Positions 9,969 to 20,189 of a stretch of 64,000 nucleotides of DNA are shown piece by piece. The DNA lies in assembly GCA_963782055.1 (NCBI GenBank), contig CAWAIF010000003.1, forward strand, positions 3,712,001 to 3,776,000. Reading direction: 5' to 3'. Source of the DNA: an uncultured delta proteobacterium. GTDB taxonomy: Bacteria > Myxococcota_A > Polyangia > Polyangiales > Polyangiaceae. The number at the start of each line of letters is the position of its first letter. Position 1 is the stretch's first letter. The position numbers were made by a program, and so were the translations under genes. Below the pieces are notes generated by a model, which worked only from the letters and a program-made list of their open reading frames with translations, was not told where the DNA came from and ran no database searches.

Positions 9969-10633
9969 TGGCGGACGCGGTGGACACCAAGAGCCCGGCG
10001 CAGCCCGGGGAGAAGCGGCCGCGACGCCGCTCTCTCGCCGAGGACGCGGTCAACATCCCCAACCTGCTGACCTTCGGGCGGATCGTGATGATCCCCCTCT
10101 GCCTCTACTTCCTGAACCTGGACACCCCGAGGGGCGGCTACTGGGCGTGCATCGTCTTCACCCTCGCCGCCATCACTGATCTGCTGGACGGCTACCTGGC
10201 GCGGAAGCTGGGGGTGGTGAGCGTCCTCGGCAAGCTCCTCGATCCGCTCGCCGACAAGCTCATCGTGATGGCGACGCTGGTGTGGATGGTGCCGATGGGC
10301 CGCATCCCGGTGTGGGTGGTCATCCTCCTGCTCGGCCGCGACATCAGCGTGACCGGCCTGCGTGGCGTGGCGGCGAGCGAGGGCGTGGTCATCGCCGCGG
10401 GCGAGGAGGGCAAGACGAAGACCGCCCTGCAGATGATCGGCATCATCGCCCTGCTCCTCGGCTACCCCTACCACCTTACCTACGCGGGCATCGACCTGGG
10501 CGCGCTGGACATGGTCCACGTCGGCCGGATGCTCGTCTACCTCTCCATCATCTTCAGCCTGGCGAGCGCCGCGCAGTACGTCCGCCTCTTCGCCCTCGCG
10601 GTGGAGGCGAAGCACGAGAAGGGCGCCGGCTGA
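9968..10633 (+). CDS. pgsA: CDP-diacylglycerol--glycerol-3-phosphate 3-phosphatidyltransferase
   Basis: NIPNLLTFGRI, TDLLDGYLARK..GKLLDPLADK CDP-alcohol phosphotransferase motif, GKTKT. Confidence 0.9.
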   Translation: MADAVDTKSPAQPGEKRPRRRSLAEDAVNIPNLLTFGRIVMIPLCLYFLNLDTPRGGYWACIVFTLAAITDLLDGYLARKLGVVSVLGKLLDPLADKLIVMATLVWMVPMGRIPVWVVILLLGRDISVTGLRGVAASEGVVIAAGEEGKTKTALQMIGIIALLLGYPYHLTYAGIDLGALDMVHVGRMLVYLSIIFSLASAAQYVRLFALAVEAKHEKGAG

Positions 10634-10639
10634 GCTCGA

Positions 10640-12514
10640 TCAGGTCGCGTCCACGAACTCGCGGAACCAGAGCTCCAGGACCAGCAGCGTCCAGACGCGG
10701 TCGACGCTCCCTCGCCCCTTCTCCATGGCGTCGACGAGGTCCGCCACGTACTTGGGGTCGAAGAGGCCTCGCTCGCGGGCGCGGCGGTCCAGGAGCACGT
10801 CGCGCGTCATCTCGCGCAGGTCGGTGCGCATCCAGCGCTCCAGCGGCAGGGCGAAGCCGCGCTTGGTGCGGTAGAGGATCCGCGCCGGCACCAGGTCGCG
10901 CATCGCCTTGCGCAGCAGCCACTTGCCGCGCAAGCGCATCAGCATCCGCGCGGGCAGCCGCGCCGCGAGCTCCACGACCCGCCTGTCCAGGAAGGGGCAG
11001 CGCACCTCCAGGGAGTGGGTCATGGAGGCGATGTCCACCTTCACGTTGATGTCGTCGATCATGTACGTCTGCCAGTCCAGATCGCAGAGGCGCGCCATGG
11101 CGCTGGTGCCGCCGCTCTCGCCGAGCACCCGCGCGAAGCGGCGGACGGTGGCGTCGGTCGCCGCCTCGCGCATCGGGTCGAGGTACAAAAGGCGCTTGTC
11201 CTCGATGGCGAACTGGCCCACCAGGCGCGAGTAGCGCGAGGCCTCCCCCTCCTCGAGCCGGTCGGCGTACTGCGCCAGGTGGGGGACGAAGACGCGGCCG
11301 AAGGCGCCGAGCCCCACGCGGAAGGCCCCCTGCGCCGCCGCCGGCAGCGCGTCGTGGGCGTGGCCGAAGCGGGCCGTGGTGTAGCGTTTGTACCCGGCGA
11401 AGTCCTCGTCGCTCGCGTCGCCGGAGAGGGCGACGGTGACGTGCTGCCGCGTCATCTTCGCGAGGTAGTACATCGCGACCGCCGAGCTGTCGGCGAAGGG
11501 CTCGCCGTGGTGGCGCACCGTCTCCACCACCACGTCGGTCATCTCCGGGGAGACAATCTCCTCGTGGTGGTCGGTCGCGTAGCGCTTCGCCACCAGGCGC
11601 GCGAAGCGCACCTCGCTGTCGTCGGCGTGGGGGAAGCCGATGCTGAAGGTCTTGACCGCCCGCGTGCTCTGCGTCGCCATCAGCGCGACCACCGTCGAGC
11701 TGTCGACCCCGCCGGAGAGGAAGGCGCCGAGCGGCACGTCGGAGACCAGGCGCCGCTTCACCGCCGCGGCCAGCGTCTCGCGCAGCTCGCGCGCCAGGTC
11801 CTCCGCGCTGCCGCGCAGCTCCGGCCCGTGCGGCTTGCTCCAGTAGCGCACCGGCTCGGGCAGCGGCCCGCCGGGCTCGAAGACGGCGTGGTGCGCCGCC
11901 GGGAGCTTGAAGGTGCCGGCGTAGGCGGTCCGACGCGAGGGCACGTACTGCAGCGTCAGGAACTCGTCGATGGCGCCGAGGTCGACGTCGGGCCGCCGGT
12001 CGGGGAAGGCGCGCACCAGCGCCCCCACCTCCGAGGCGAAGGCCACGCCGTCGGGCATGCGGCGGTAGAAGAGGGGCTTCTGTCCGGCGCGGTCGCGCGC
12101 GGCGAGCAGGCGCCCGCGCGAGGCGTCGTAGAGGAGGAAGGCGAACATGCCGTCCAGCCGCGCCACGCAGCCCTCGCCGTGCTCCTCGTACAGGTGCAGC
12201 ACCACCTCGCTGTCGGAGTGCGAGCGGAAGCGGTGCCCCTTCTTCTCCAACTCGTCGCGCAGCTCGCGGAAGTTGTAGATCTCCCCGTTGACCACCACCC
12301 CGACCGTCCCGTCCTCGTTGAGGAGGGGCTGGTTGGCCTCCGGGCTCAGGTCGATGATGGAGAGGCGCCGGTGGCCGAGGACGCACGGCCCGCTCGACCA
12401 GAAGCCCTCCGCGTCAGGCCCGCGGTGGCGCAGCGCGCCGGCGATGCGCCGCACCGCCTGCTCGTCGCCCGCCGCGCGCCGGTCCAGGGCCAGGAAGCCC
12501 GCGATCCCGCACAC
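10640..12514 (-). CDS. asnB: Asparagine synthase (glutamine-hydrolysing) family amidotransferase
   Basis: MCGIAG N-terminus, HRGPD, HRRLSIID, NGEIYN, LSGGVDSS, SLEVRCPFLD. Confidence 0.95.
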   Translation of the reverse strand: MCGIAGFLALDRRAAGDEQAVRRIAGALRHRGPDAEGFWSSGPCVLGHRRLSIIDLSPEANQPLLNEDGTVGVVVNGEIYNFRELRDELEKKGHRFRSHSDSEVVLHLYEEHGEGCVARLDGMFAFLLYDASRGRLLAARDRAGQKPLFYRRMPDGVAFASEVGALVRAFPDRRPDVDLGAIDEFLTLQYVPSRRTAYAGTFKLPAAHHAVFEPGGPLPEPVRYWSKPHGPELRGSAEDLARELRETLAAAVKRRLVSDVPLGAFLSGGVDSSTVVALMATQSTRAVKTFSIGFPHADDSEVRFARLVAKRYATDHHEEIVSPEMTDVVVETVRHHGEPFADSSAVAMYYLAKMTRQHVTVALSGDASDEDFAGYKRYTTARFGHAHDALPAAAQGAFRVGLGAFGRVFVPHLAQYADRLEEGEASRYSRLVGQFAIEDKRLLYLDPMREAATDATVRRFARVLGESGGTSAMARLCDLDWQTYMIDDINVKVDIASMTHSLEVRCPFLDRRVVELAARLPARMLMRLRGKWLLRKAMRDLVPARILYRTKRGFALPLERWMRTDLREMTRDVLLDRRARERGLFDPKYVADLVDAMEKGRGSVDRVWTLLVLELWFREFVDAT

Positions 12515-13696
12515 CTAGTTGAGCTCCGCCTCTCCCCGCCGTGACCGTGCCGGGCTCGCGACCACGCCGCGCGCGGCGAGCACCCGCTCGTAGACGTCCA
12601 TCGTGCGGCGCGCCATGCGCGCCACGCCGAAGCGCGCCGTCGCGTGCAGGTGCCCAGCCTGCCCCATCGCCGCCCGCTCTTCCCGCGAGAGCGCGAAGAA
12701 GCGCTTGAGCGCCCGCGCGATGCCGCTCGCCCGGTTCTCGTCGCAGACCACGCCCTCGGTGCCGTCGGTCACCAGCCTGTCGGTGTTGGCGGCGTCGGAG
12801 ACGATGACCGGGGTCGCGCACGCCATGGACTCGATGACGGCGTTGGGCAGCCCCTCGTAGTTGGAGGCGAGGAGCATGCCGTCGGCGGCGCCGACGAGCT
12901 TCTCGATCTGCTTCACGATGCCGAGGAACTCGACGTGCGCGCCCAGCCCCCAGAGCGTCGCGTAGGCGCGGAGCGCCTCGCCGTAGATGGGCGGGGAGCC
13001 GCGGCCGGCGAAGAGCACGCGCACGTCGGGCGGGAGCTCCCCTGCCCGCTCCAGGCGGTGGAGTGCGCGCAGGATCTCCAGCTGGTTCTTCTGCTCGCAG
13101 ATGCGTCCGGGCACGACCAGCGTGCGCCGCCCGTCCATGCCCCAGATCCGCCGCTCGCGCGCGACGGTGGCGGCGTCCAGCGGGCGGAAGCGCGCGAGGT
13201 CCACCCCGTTCTCGATGACGTCGATGCGGTCGGCCGCGATACCGGCGCGGCGTACCAGCTCGTCGCGGATGCCGACGGAGTTGACGATGAGGGCGTCGGC
13301 CATGCCGTGGGTGATGCGCTCCCCGATCACGTGCTTGCGCGGCAGGCGGGTGCAGCGCACCGAGCTCACCACCGCGCGCACGCCGGCGAGGCGCGCGGCG
13401 ACGCGGCCGAAGATGTTCTCCCACCCCATGTACGTGTGGACGACGTCGGTCCCGAGATCGCGCAGCTCCCGCGTCAGCTTCTGCACCGAGAGCGGCGACG
13501 GGAACATGGGCGCGTGCAGGTGTCGCACGCGGTCGACGGGCAGCTTGTACCCGAGCTGATCGCGTTCGATGCAGGTGATCAGGCTCGGCTCGTAGCGCTG
13601 CAGGTCCAGCCTGCACATCAGCTCCGCGAGCTGGCGCTCCGCCCCGCCCTGCTCCAGCGAGTTGATGAAGAAGGTGACCCTGACCCTCGGCGCCAC
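12515..13696 (-). CDS. Glycosyltransferase family 4
   Basis: GGAERQ, IENGVD, EGLPNAVIESMACATP. Confidence 0.9.
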   Translation of the reverse strand: MAPRVRVTFFINSLEQGGAERQLAELMCRLDLQRYEPSLITCIERDQLGYKLPVDRVRHLHAPMFPSPLSVQKLTRELRDLGTDVVHTYMGWENIFGRVAARLAGVRAVVSSVRCTRLPRKHVIGERITHGMADALIVNSVGIRDELVRRAGIAADRIDVIENGVDLARFRPLDAATVARERRIWGMDGRRTLVVPGRICEQKNQLEILRALHRLERAGELPPDVRVLFAGRGSPPIYGEALRAYATLWGLGAHVEFLGIVKQIEKLVGAADGMLLASNYEGLPNAVIESMACATPVIVSDAANTDRLVTDGTEGVVCDENRASGIARALKRFFALSREERAAMGQAGHLHATARFGVARMARRTMDVYERVLAARGVVASPARSRRGEAELN

Positions 13697-13812
13697 GCGG
13701 GGGTCGTATCACACCGCCACGCTCGACTGAAGTCCGGGAGGGTGAAGGTTTCCCGGGTCACACCGCGACCCCCCGAATACGCGCGAAGTGCGGGGTCGGT
13801 TGCATCGGACGC

Positions 13813-14688
13813 CTAGCCGAACACCCCCACCTTCGACGGCATGGATTGGGGGTTGAGCACCGGCACCGCCCGGTCCAGCCTCCGCTTGGCGTCGCGCACC
13901 CTGCGCCGGAGCCCCTGCGGCTCCTCCACGCGCGCCTTCTCCTCCCACTCCCGCACGTACTGCCCCTGCTGCGGCACCTTCCCGGCCGTCGAGCGCTCCG
14001 TCTTCTCCACCACGAACCACAGCCCCGCTACCGTGACGCCCGACGCGCGCACGTCGTGGAAGCGGGCCGTCACGCCGTCCAGGGCACCCGGCGCGTAGCG
14101 GTAGACGGTCCAGGGGGACTCGAAGTCGCGCGCCTGGAAGACGTAGGCGGTGACGATGTCGTAGTCGTTGGCGGCGTAGTAGTCCCAGAAGAGCGCGGGC
14201 GAGAAGGAGTAGAAGCCGTGGTCGATCTGGTTGGAGCAGGGCGCCATGTGGATCGCGCGCCCGCCAATCTTCAGCGCCGCGTGGACGTTGCGGAGCGCCG
14301 CGGGCAGGTCGAAGACGTGCTCCAGGGTGCCGCCGTTGTAGGCGAGGTCGAAGCGGCCGTGCAGCGAGGTGGGGAGCGGCTCGTTCAGATCGCACACGAG
14401 GTCGGCGCCCTCGAAGGCGGACGCGTCGACGCTGCGCACCTCGTCGAAGCCGAGGGCCTCGAAGAGCTCGCCGTCGTCCATGCCCAGGCTCCCCATGGTG
14501 GCGCGCCGCCGATCGCTCCCCTTCTCCTCCACCCTCGCCAGCGTCACGCCGCGCGCGGCGGCCCACGCCGCGAGCTCCTCGCGCGTGAAGACGCAGTCCT
14601 GCCGGCCCAGCTCCAGCGCCGCCCCGGAGAACGGCCGGCGCGCATGCTCGGCCAGGAGGAGCTGCGCCGCCGCCTTCGCGATGCCCAT
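13813..14688 (-). CDS. Class I SAM-dependent methyltransferase-like protein
   Basis: ALELGRQ, CDLNEP, FDLAYNGGTLEHVFD, DHGFYSFSP; ATG 14688 chosen because TATGGT lies 7 nt upstream. Confidence 0.75.
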   Translation of the reverse strand: MGIAKAAAQLLLAEHARRPFSGAALELGRQDCVFTREELAAWAAARGVTLARVEEKGSDRRRATMGSLGMDDGELFEALGFDEVRSVDASAFEGADLVCDLNEPLPTSLHGRFDLAYNGGTLEHVFDLPAALRNVHAALKIGGRAIHMAPCSNQIDHGFYSFSPALFWDYYAANDYDIVTAYVFQARDFESPWTVYRYAPGALDGVTARFHDVRASGVTVAGLWFVVEKTERSTAGKVPQQGQYVREWEEKARVEEPQGLRRRVRDAKRRLDRAVPVLNPQSMPSKVGVFG

Positions 14689-14738
14689 CGGCGCCACCAT
14701 AGCGCACCGGCTGCCGGCCTGTGCTACGCCGCAGGCCC

Positions 14739-15539
14739 ATGACCGACCGGGCCGGCCGCGAGTACTGGGAGCGCGCGTGGGACGAGCGCGGCCTGCCCCC
14801 GCCGCTCGACCCCTTCGGCGAGAACCTCTCCTGCTTCGTCGACCGGGAGATGGACCGCTTCCTCACCCGGGCCTTCGCGGGCCTCCAGCCCGGCGCGCGC
14901 TTCCTGGAGGTGGGCTGCGGCAGCTCCGCCTGGCTCCCGTACGTGGCGCGGCGCTTCGGCTTCCAGGTGAGCGGCGTCGACTACGCCGACCTGGGCGTGG
15001 CGCAGGCGGAGGCGATGCTGCGGCGGGAGGGCGTGGAGGGGCGGATCGTCAAGGCGGACCTCTTCGACCCGCCCGCGGACCTCGTGGGCGCCTTCGACGT
15101 GGTGCTGAGCAACGGCGTGGTGGAGCACTTCGAGGACACCGCCGGCGTGCTGCGCGCCATGGCCCGCTTCGCGAAGCCGGGCGGGCGCGTCGTCACGGTG
15201 GTGCCCAACATGCACGGCGCGCCGGGCGCGGTGCAGCGCGTGCTCGACCGCGACGTGTTCGACGTGCACGTCCCCCTCTCGCGCGAGCGCCTCCGGGCCG
15301 CGAACGAGGAGGCGGGGCTGCGGGTCGAGATCGCCGAGTACCACTTCTTCGTCAACTTCGGCGTGTGCAACGTGCCGGAGTCGGCGCGAGGAGCGGGCGC
15401 GACGGCGCGCAGGGCGCTGCACAAGGCGCTGGTGGACGCCTCGCGCCTGGTGTGGGTGCTGGAGACGCACACCCGCCCGCTGCCGGCGAATCGCTTCCTC
15501 TCCCCTTACGTGGTGGCGGTCGGGCGGGCCGACCGCTAG
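14739..15539 (+). CDS. Class I SAM-dependent methyltransferase
   Basis: FLEVGCGS, GVDYA, FDVVLSNGVVEHF, KPGGR. Confidence 0.85.
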   Translation: MTDRAGREYWERAWDERGLPPPLDPFGENLSCFVDREMDRFLTRAFAGLQPGARFLEVGCGSSAWLPYVARRFGFQVSGVDYADLGVAQAEAMLRREGVEGRIVKADLFDPPADLVGAFDVVLSNGVVEHFEDTAGVLRAMARFAKPGGRVVTVVPNMHGAPGAVQRVLDRDVFDVHVPLSRERLRAANEEAGLRVEIAEYHFFVNFGVCNVPESARGAGATARRALHKALVDASRLVWVLETHTRPLPANRFLSPYVVAVGRADR

Positions 15540-15812
15540 TAGACCCTCCCCGTCCCCCAGTGGAAGCCGACGCCCAGGTGAGGCCCGTGAATGGTCGCGC
15601 TCAGTCCCACCTGACGGACCGGAATGCGCGCAGAGAGCCGACCGCGCGCGAACGCCGCGGTCGGCGCTCAGGTCCCCGGCGTTCACCGGCGTGCCCGCGA
15701 CAGGGCCCCGCCCGCGGTCCGCCGCGGCATCGGACTCACCGGACAGGCCACAGCACCGCGCAGGCGCAGAGCCCGGCGGCCAGCACCGTCAGCCCGCAGC
15801 GGCGAACCGCGG

Positions 15813-16682
15813 TCACGTGGGCACCGCGTGCGCGACGCGGGCGTGGTGCCGTCTGGACCACACCTGGTAGGGCAGCGTGACGAGCGCGGCCACGACCAGA
15901 TAGAGCAGCAGCGCGGCGACGAGGGGCCGCTGCTCGACCGCCGTGGCCGACGCGACGACGAAGGCGACGCCGGGGTGGCGCGTGGAGGTCATCAGCGCCA
16001 GGGCGGATCGCTCGTCGGAGTCCGGGCCGCCGAGCAGGTGACCCGCCACCAGCCCGACGACGACGAAGGCGACGATGGCGGCGAGCGTCCCGTTGCCGAG
16101 CAGCGCGACCATCGCGGGGGCGAGGACGACCAGCACCGGCACGGCGCCCGCGACGAGCAGCACGAGCCCCACCACGGCGACCGGCTTCGCCGCGCGCCCG
16201 GCGAAGCGCGCGGCGAAGCGGCGAACCAGCATGCCCACCGCGAGCGGCACCAGGATCGAGAGGGCGACCACCGCGACCAGCCTGGACAGCGAGACGTGCA
16301 CCGTCTTCCCGAACAGCGCGGCCATCCCATCCACCGCCAGCGGCACGAACACGATCGCGAGGGCCGTCGCCGCGACGAGCAGACCGACGATGTACGCGGA
16401 CCCGCCGCCGGACTTCAGCGCCTTGCGCGGGAGCAGCGGCGGGATGGGCGCCACGGCCAGGGCCATCAACGCGACGGCGACCGCGGGGCGCAGCTGGAAG
16501 AGGAGGGCCAGCCCCACCGCGAACGCCGGCATGATCACGTTCATCGCCAGCAGCGCCTTGCCCAGCTTGGCGGGTCGCTCGACGAGGTACGCGGCGTCGC
16601 CCCTAACCGCGCCGAGGCCGAGCGCGAGCACCGTCAGCACGACGCCCAGCTTCACCGCCAGCATGATCAACGTCACCGCCAT
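15813..16682 (-). CDS. Bile acid:sodium symporter (BASS)-like transporter
   Basis: Multi-TM ORF; LLAMNVIMP, AVAPIPP, TSTRHPGVA. Confidence 0.75.
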   Translation of the reverse strand: MAVTLIMLAVKLGVVLTVLALGLGAVRGDAAYLVERPAKLGKALLAMNVIMPAFAVGLALLFQLRPAVAVALMALAVAPIPPLLPRKALKSGGGSAYIVGLLVAATALAIVFVPLAVDGMAALFGKTVHVSLSRLVAVVALSILVPLAVGMLVRRFAARFAGRAAKPVAVVGLVLLVAGAVPVLVVLAPAMVALLGNGTLAAIVAFVVVGLVAGHLLGGPDSDERSALALMTSTRHPGVAFVVASATAVEQRPLVAALLLYLVVAALVTLPYQVWSRRHHARVAHAVPT

Positions 16683-17176
16683 GGGCACCTGCCTCGCCTG
16701 CGTCCCGGGCGTGCAGCGGGCGTGCCACCATGCGGAGCACGCCAGGCGCTTGCCTTGCAAGCGCACCGCACCGTCTGCACCGGACGGAAGCCCTCGCGCA
16801 CCGCGGCGTGGACTCCTTCTGGAGCATCACCTTCGCGGCGCCTCCCGCGCGACCGCGAGGTCCTCGTCACGCGCCGGTCCGGCCAGCGCGCGTACACCGC
16901 CACGCGCATCCATCCTGCTGCAGCACGGGTTCTAGGCGCGCAACCTCGTCGACGGGACGCTCTCCCGGGCGATGCTTGCGTCCGGGTGAGCGGCCGACAG
17001 GTGATCCGCCTCCAGGGCCCGCCGAGGGCGCCGGCCGTGGTGTTTCGCCCCTGCGCGCGCGAAGGCGTGGCGAACGGGGCCCGCGACGCGCGCGCGCACT
17101 CCACATGGCGAGGCATTCCTCGGGCGCACGTCGCCTCCCGAGCGGCGCGCGCATTGCAAGCCTGACGCGTCACCCC

Positions 17177-18562
17177 ATGGCCCACGACACTCTCCCCGAC
17201 ACCGCCCCGCCCGCGTTCCACTTGCTGGCCAAGCCGAGCGGCTCCACGTGCAACATCGACTGCAAGTACTGCTTCTTCCTGTCCAAGGAGGCGCTCTACC
17301 CGGACGACGACCACCGGATGTCCGACGAGACGCTGGAGGCCTACATCCGCCAGCTGCTGCAGTCGCATCGCACCCCGGAGGTGACCGTGGCATGGCAGGG
17401 CGGCGAGCCGACGCTGATGAAGCTCCCCTTCTTCGCGCGCGCGGTCGACCTCGTGGAGAAGTACCGGCGCCCCGGCCAGGTGGTGCAGCACACCTTCCAG
17501 ACCAACGGCATCCTGCTCGACGACGCCTGGTGCGCCTTCTTCAAGAAGCACGACTTCCTCGTCGGCCTGAGCGTGGACGGCCCGCGCGAGCTGCACGACG
17601 CCTACCGCGTCGACCGCCGTGGCCAGGGCACCTTCGACCTGGTGATGAAGGGCTGGCGCCAGCTACGCCGCCACAGGGTCGAGTTCAACGTCCTCTGCAC
17701 CGTCAACGCGGCGAACGAGGAGCACGGCCGGGACGTCTACCGCTTCTTCCGCGACGAGCTCGGCGCCAGGTGGGTCCAGTTCATTCCCATCGTCGAGCGG
17801 GCGACCCAGGACACGATCGCGATCGCCAACATGGGCTGGAGCAAGGACCGCAAGGGCAAGCGCCTGCTCTACACGCAGTCCGGTGACCTGGTCACCGATC
17901 GCACCGTCGGGCGCGAGCAGTACGGCCGATTCCTCGTCGACGTCTTCGACGAGTGGGTGCGCCACGACGTGGGCGAGGTCTTCGTCCAGCTCTTCGACGT
18001 GACGCTGGAGGCCTACTTCGGCCGTCACCTCCTGTGCGTGCACGCCCCGACCTGCGGCGACGGGCCCGTGCTGGAGCACAACGGCGATCTCTACTCGTGT
18101 GATCACTTCGTCGAGCCGCGCTACCGGCTGGGCAACATCCACGAGACGCCCATGCTGGAGATGATCGCCTCGCCGGAGCAGCGCAAGTTCGGCGACGACA
18201 AGCGCGACACGCTCACGGCGCAGTGCCGGGGCTGCGAGGTGAGGTCGCTCTGCAACGGCGGCTGCCCGAAGGACCGCTTCTCCGCGTCGCGCGACGGCGA
18301 GCCGGGCCAGAACTACCTCTGCCCCGGCCTGGAGCTGTTCTTCACCCACACGCGCCCCGCGATGCGCGTCATGGCGGAGCTGCTGCAGCGAGGCCGGGCG
18401 CCGTCGGACGTGATGGCGTGGATCGCGCAGGAGGACGAGCAGCACGGGGTCCACCGGCCGTGCCCCTGCGGGAGCGGCGTGGCGTTCCGCGCTTGTCACG
18501 GCAACGAGACAACCGTGGGGGAGTACGCGTCCACTGTCGTGGAGCGAGCGAATCATCCCTGA
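17177..18562 (+). CDS. Anaerobic sulfatase-maturating radical SAM/SPASM enzyme with C-terminal SEC-C motif
   Basis: AKPSGSTCNIDCKYCFF, WQGGEPTL, QTNG, YSCDHFV, CRGCEVRSLCNGGCPK, CPCGSGVAFRACHG. Confidence 0.92.
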   Translation: MAHDTLPDTAPPAFHLLAKPSGSTCNIDCKYCFFLSKEALYPDDDHRMSDETLEAYIRQLLQSHRTPEVTVAWQGGEPTLMKLPFFARAVDLVEKYRRPGQVVQHTFQTNGILLDDAWCAFFKKHDFLVGLSVDGPRELHDAYRVDRRGQGTFDLVMKGWRQLRRHRVEFNVLCTVNAANEEHGRDVYRFFRDELGARWVQFIPIVERATQDTIAIANMGWSKDRKGKRLLYTQSGDLVTDRTVGREQYGRFLVDVFDEWVRHDVGEVFVQLFDVTLEAYFGRHLLCVHAPTCGDGPVLEHNGDLYSCDHFVEPRYRLGNIHETPMLEMIASPEQRKFGDDKRDTLTAQCRGCEVRSLCNGGCPKDRFSASRDGEPGQNYLCPGLELFFTHTRPAMRVMAELLQRGRAPSDVMAWIAQEDEQHGVHRPCPCGSGVAFRACHGNETTVGEYASTVVERANHP

Positions 18563-18674
18563 CCACGGCAGGAAGCCGGGCGCCCTGGCGCTCCGACGCG
18601 TTCGTGAAGTCCCCCCTCGCCGGAGGCCTGCGTCCTTCAGAGCAGCCGGGACCACCGAGCCCGCTCGGCAACGG

Positions 18675-20189
18675 TCAACCTGGGCGCGACAGGCGCGCGA
18701 CGGCCCACCGCCGGACCGCCCCGAGCGCCTCGCGCTCCTCCGGGCCGAGGCCGAGCACCACCAGCAGCACCACGTAGACCGCTGCCGCCACGCCGACGCC
18801 GGAGAAGAACCTCGCCGCCAGCCCCGCCGGCACGGCGACGAACACCGCCCGACCGGCGAGCAGCCCCCCGCCCGCCGCCGCCACCACCCGCAGCAGGCCC
18901 GCCGACAGGCCGTGCACGCCGGTGAGCTTGTAGGCGAACGCCATCTGTACCCCCTGCGCGATCACGATCCCGCTCGCCGACGCCACCGCCGCCCCCGTCA
19001 GTCCGAGCCTAGGCACCAGCACCGGCAACAGGACGCTCTGCAGCGCCACGCTGGTCAACGCCGCGTACGTCCCGAAGCGCGCGTGCCCGCTCATCGGCAC
19101 CGCATACGCCGCGAGCGACAGCGCGTTGACGGTGTGGCCCACCGCCAGGATCGCCATCGCGGGAGCGCCCTGCGTGAACTCCTTGCCGAAGATGGCGAGC
19201 AGCCCGCTGCCGAAGCCGGCGAAGAGCACGCAGAGCGGCAGCGCGGCGAGCGCCACCCACCGCGTCTGCCGCTGGATGGACCTGTTGAGCTCCGCCACTT
19301 CTCCCCGCGCCAGCGCAGGCGGGATGAGCGCGCACACGACCGGGTCGAACGCGCCGCGGATCTGGCTGATGCTCGCCACGTACAGCCCGCACGCGGCGTA
19401 GGCGCCCATCTCGTCGCTGCCGCGGTAGTGGTCGAGGAAGAAGGCGTCGATGCGCCCCTGCAGCGCCCACACCATGTTGGTGAGCACCAGCGGCACCGCC
19501 AGCCACATGGTCTCGCGGTCGAGCGGGCCGCTCACCACCGCGCGCAGCGTGGGGCCCAGAGGCAGCTCGCGGGAGTAGAAGAAGGCGGCCGCCACGGCGA
19601 CCAGACCCATGCCGCTCGCCACCGCCACGCACGCCGCCGGGACCCCGCCGCCGTTGCGCAGCACCAGCGTCGTCAGCGCCAGCAGCGCGAGCGGCTGCAG
19701 CACCCCGCGCGCCCAGAAGCCCCAGCGCATCACGCCGCGCGCCTGGGTGGCGACGATGAAGACGGTGCTCCCGTGGTAGAAGATGGGCACCAGCGCGAGC
19801 AGCCGGAGCGGCGCGGTGAGCTGCGGCTTGCCCTGGAAGGCCGCCACGTACGGCGCGGCGAAGAAGATCCCCACGCCGACCAGCACGCCGGAGGTGAGCA
19901 CCACCCGCAGCGCCGTGCCGACGGCGGCGACCGTCCGCTCCTTCTCCGCCTCCGCGTGCGCCAGCGCCAGCGCCACCTGCCGCTGGACCGCCTGGTCCAT
20001 ACCGAACAGGGTGATGATGGAGAAGAGGTCGACGAAGGTGTTGGACCAGGTGTAGTCGCCGTACCCGCCGGCGCCGAGGAAGCGCGCGAGCTGGACGTGG
20101 AACGCCGGGAGCGCCGCGTTCGCCACCAGGGTGAGCATGTTGACGCCGATGCCGCGCGCCTCCGTCTTCGCGCTGCTCTTCGCGGTCAC
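18675..20189 (-). CDS. Wzx-like oligosaccharide flippase (MOP superfamily)
   Basis: GTG overlapping the upstream GT stop; LARFLGAGGYGDY, ~12-14 TM segments, RIDAFFL, LVPRLGLTGAAVAS. Confidence 0.85.
   Translation of the reverse strand: MTAKSSAKTEARGIGVNMLTLVANAALPAFHVQLARFLGAGGYGDYTWSNTFVDLFSIITLFGMDQAVQRQVALALAHAEAEKERTVAAVGTALRVVLTSGVLVGVGIFFAAPYVAAFQGKPQLTAPLRLLALVPIFYHGSTVFIVATQARGVMRWGFWARGVLQPLALLALTTLVLRNGGGVPAACVAVASGMGLVAVAAAFFYSRELPLGPTLRAVVSGPLDRETMWLAVPLVLTNMVWALQGRIDAFFLDHYRGSDEMGAYAACGLYVASISQIRGAFDPVVCALIPPALARGEVAELNRSIQRQTRWVALAALPLCVLFAGFGSGLLAIFGKEFTQGAPAMAILAVGHTVNALSLAAYAVPMSGHARFGTYAALTSVALQSVLLPVLVPRLGLTGAAVASASGIVIAQGVQMAFAYKLTGVHGLSAGLLRVVAAAGGGLLAGRAVFVAVPAGLAARFFSGVGVAAAVYVVLLVVLGLGPEEREALGAVRRWAVARLSRPG

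Noticed and set aside
10620..10660. tRNA genes that often follow pgsA
   Set aside because: Only 6 nt separate pgsA from the convergent asnB stop; no tRNA
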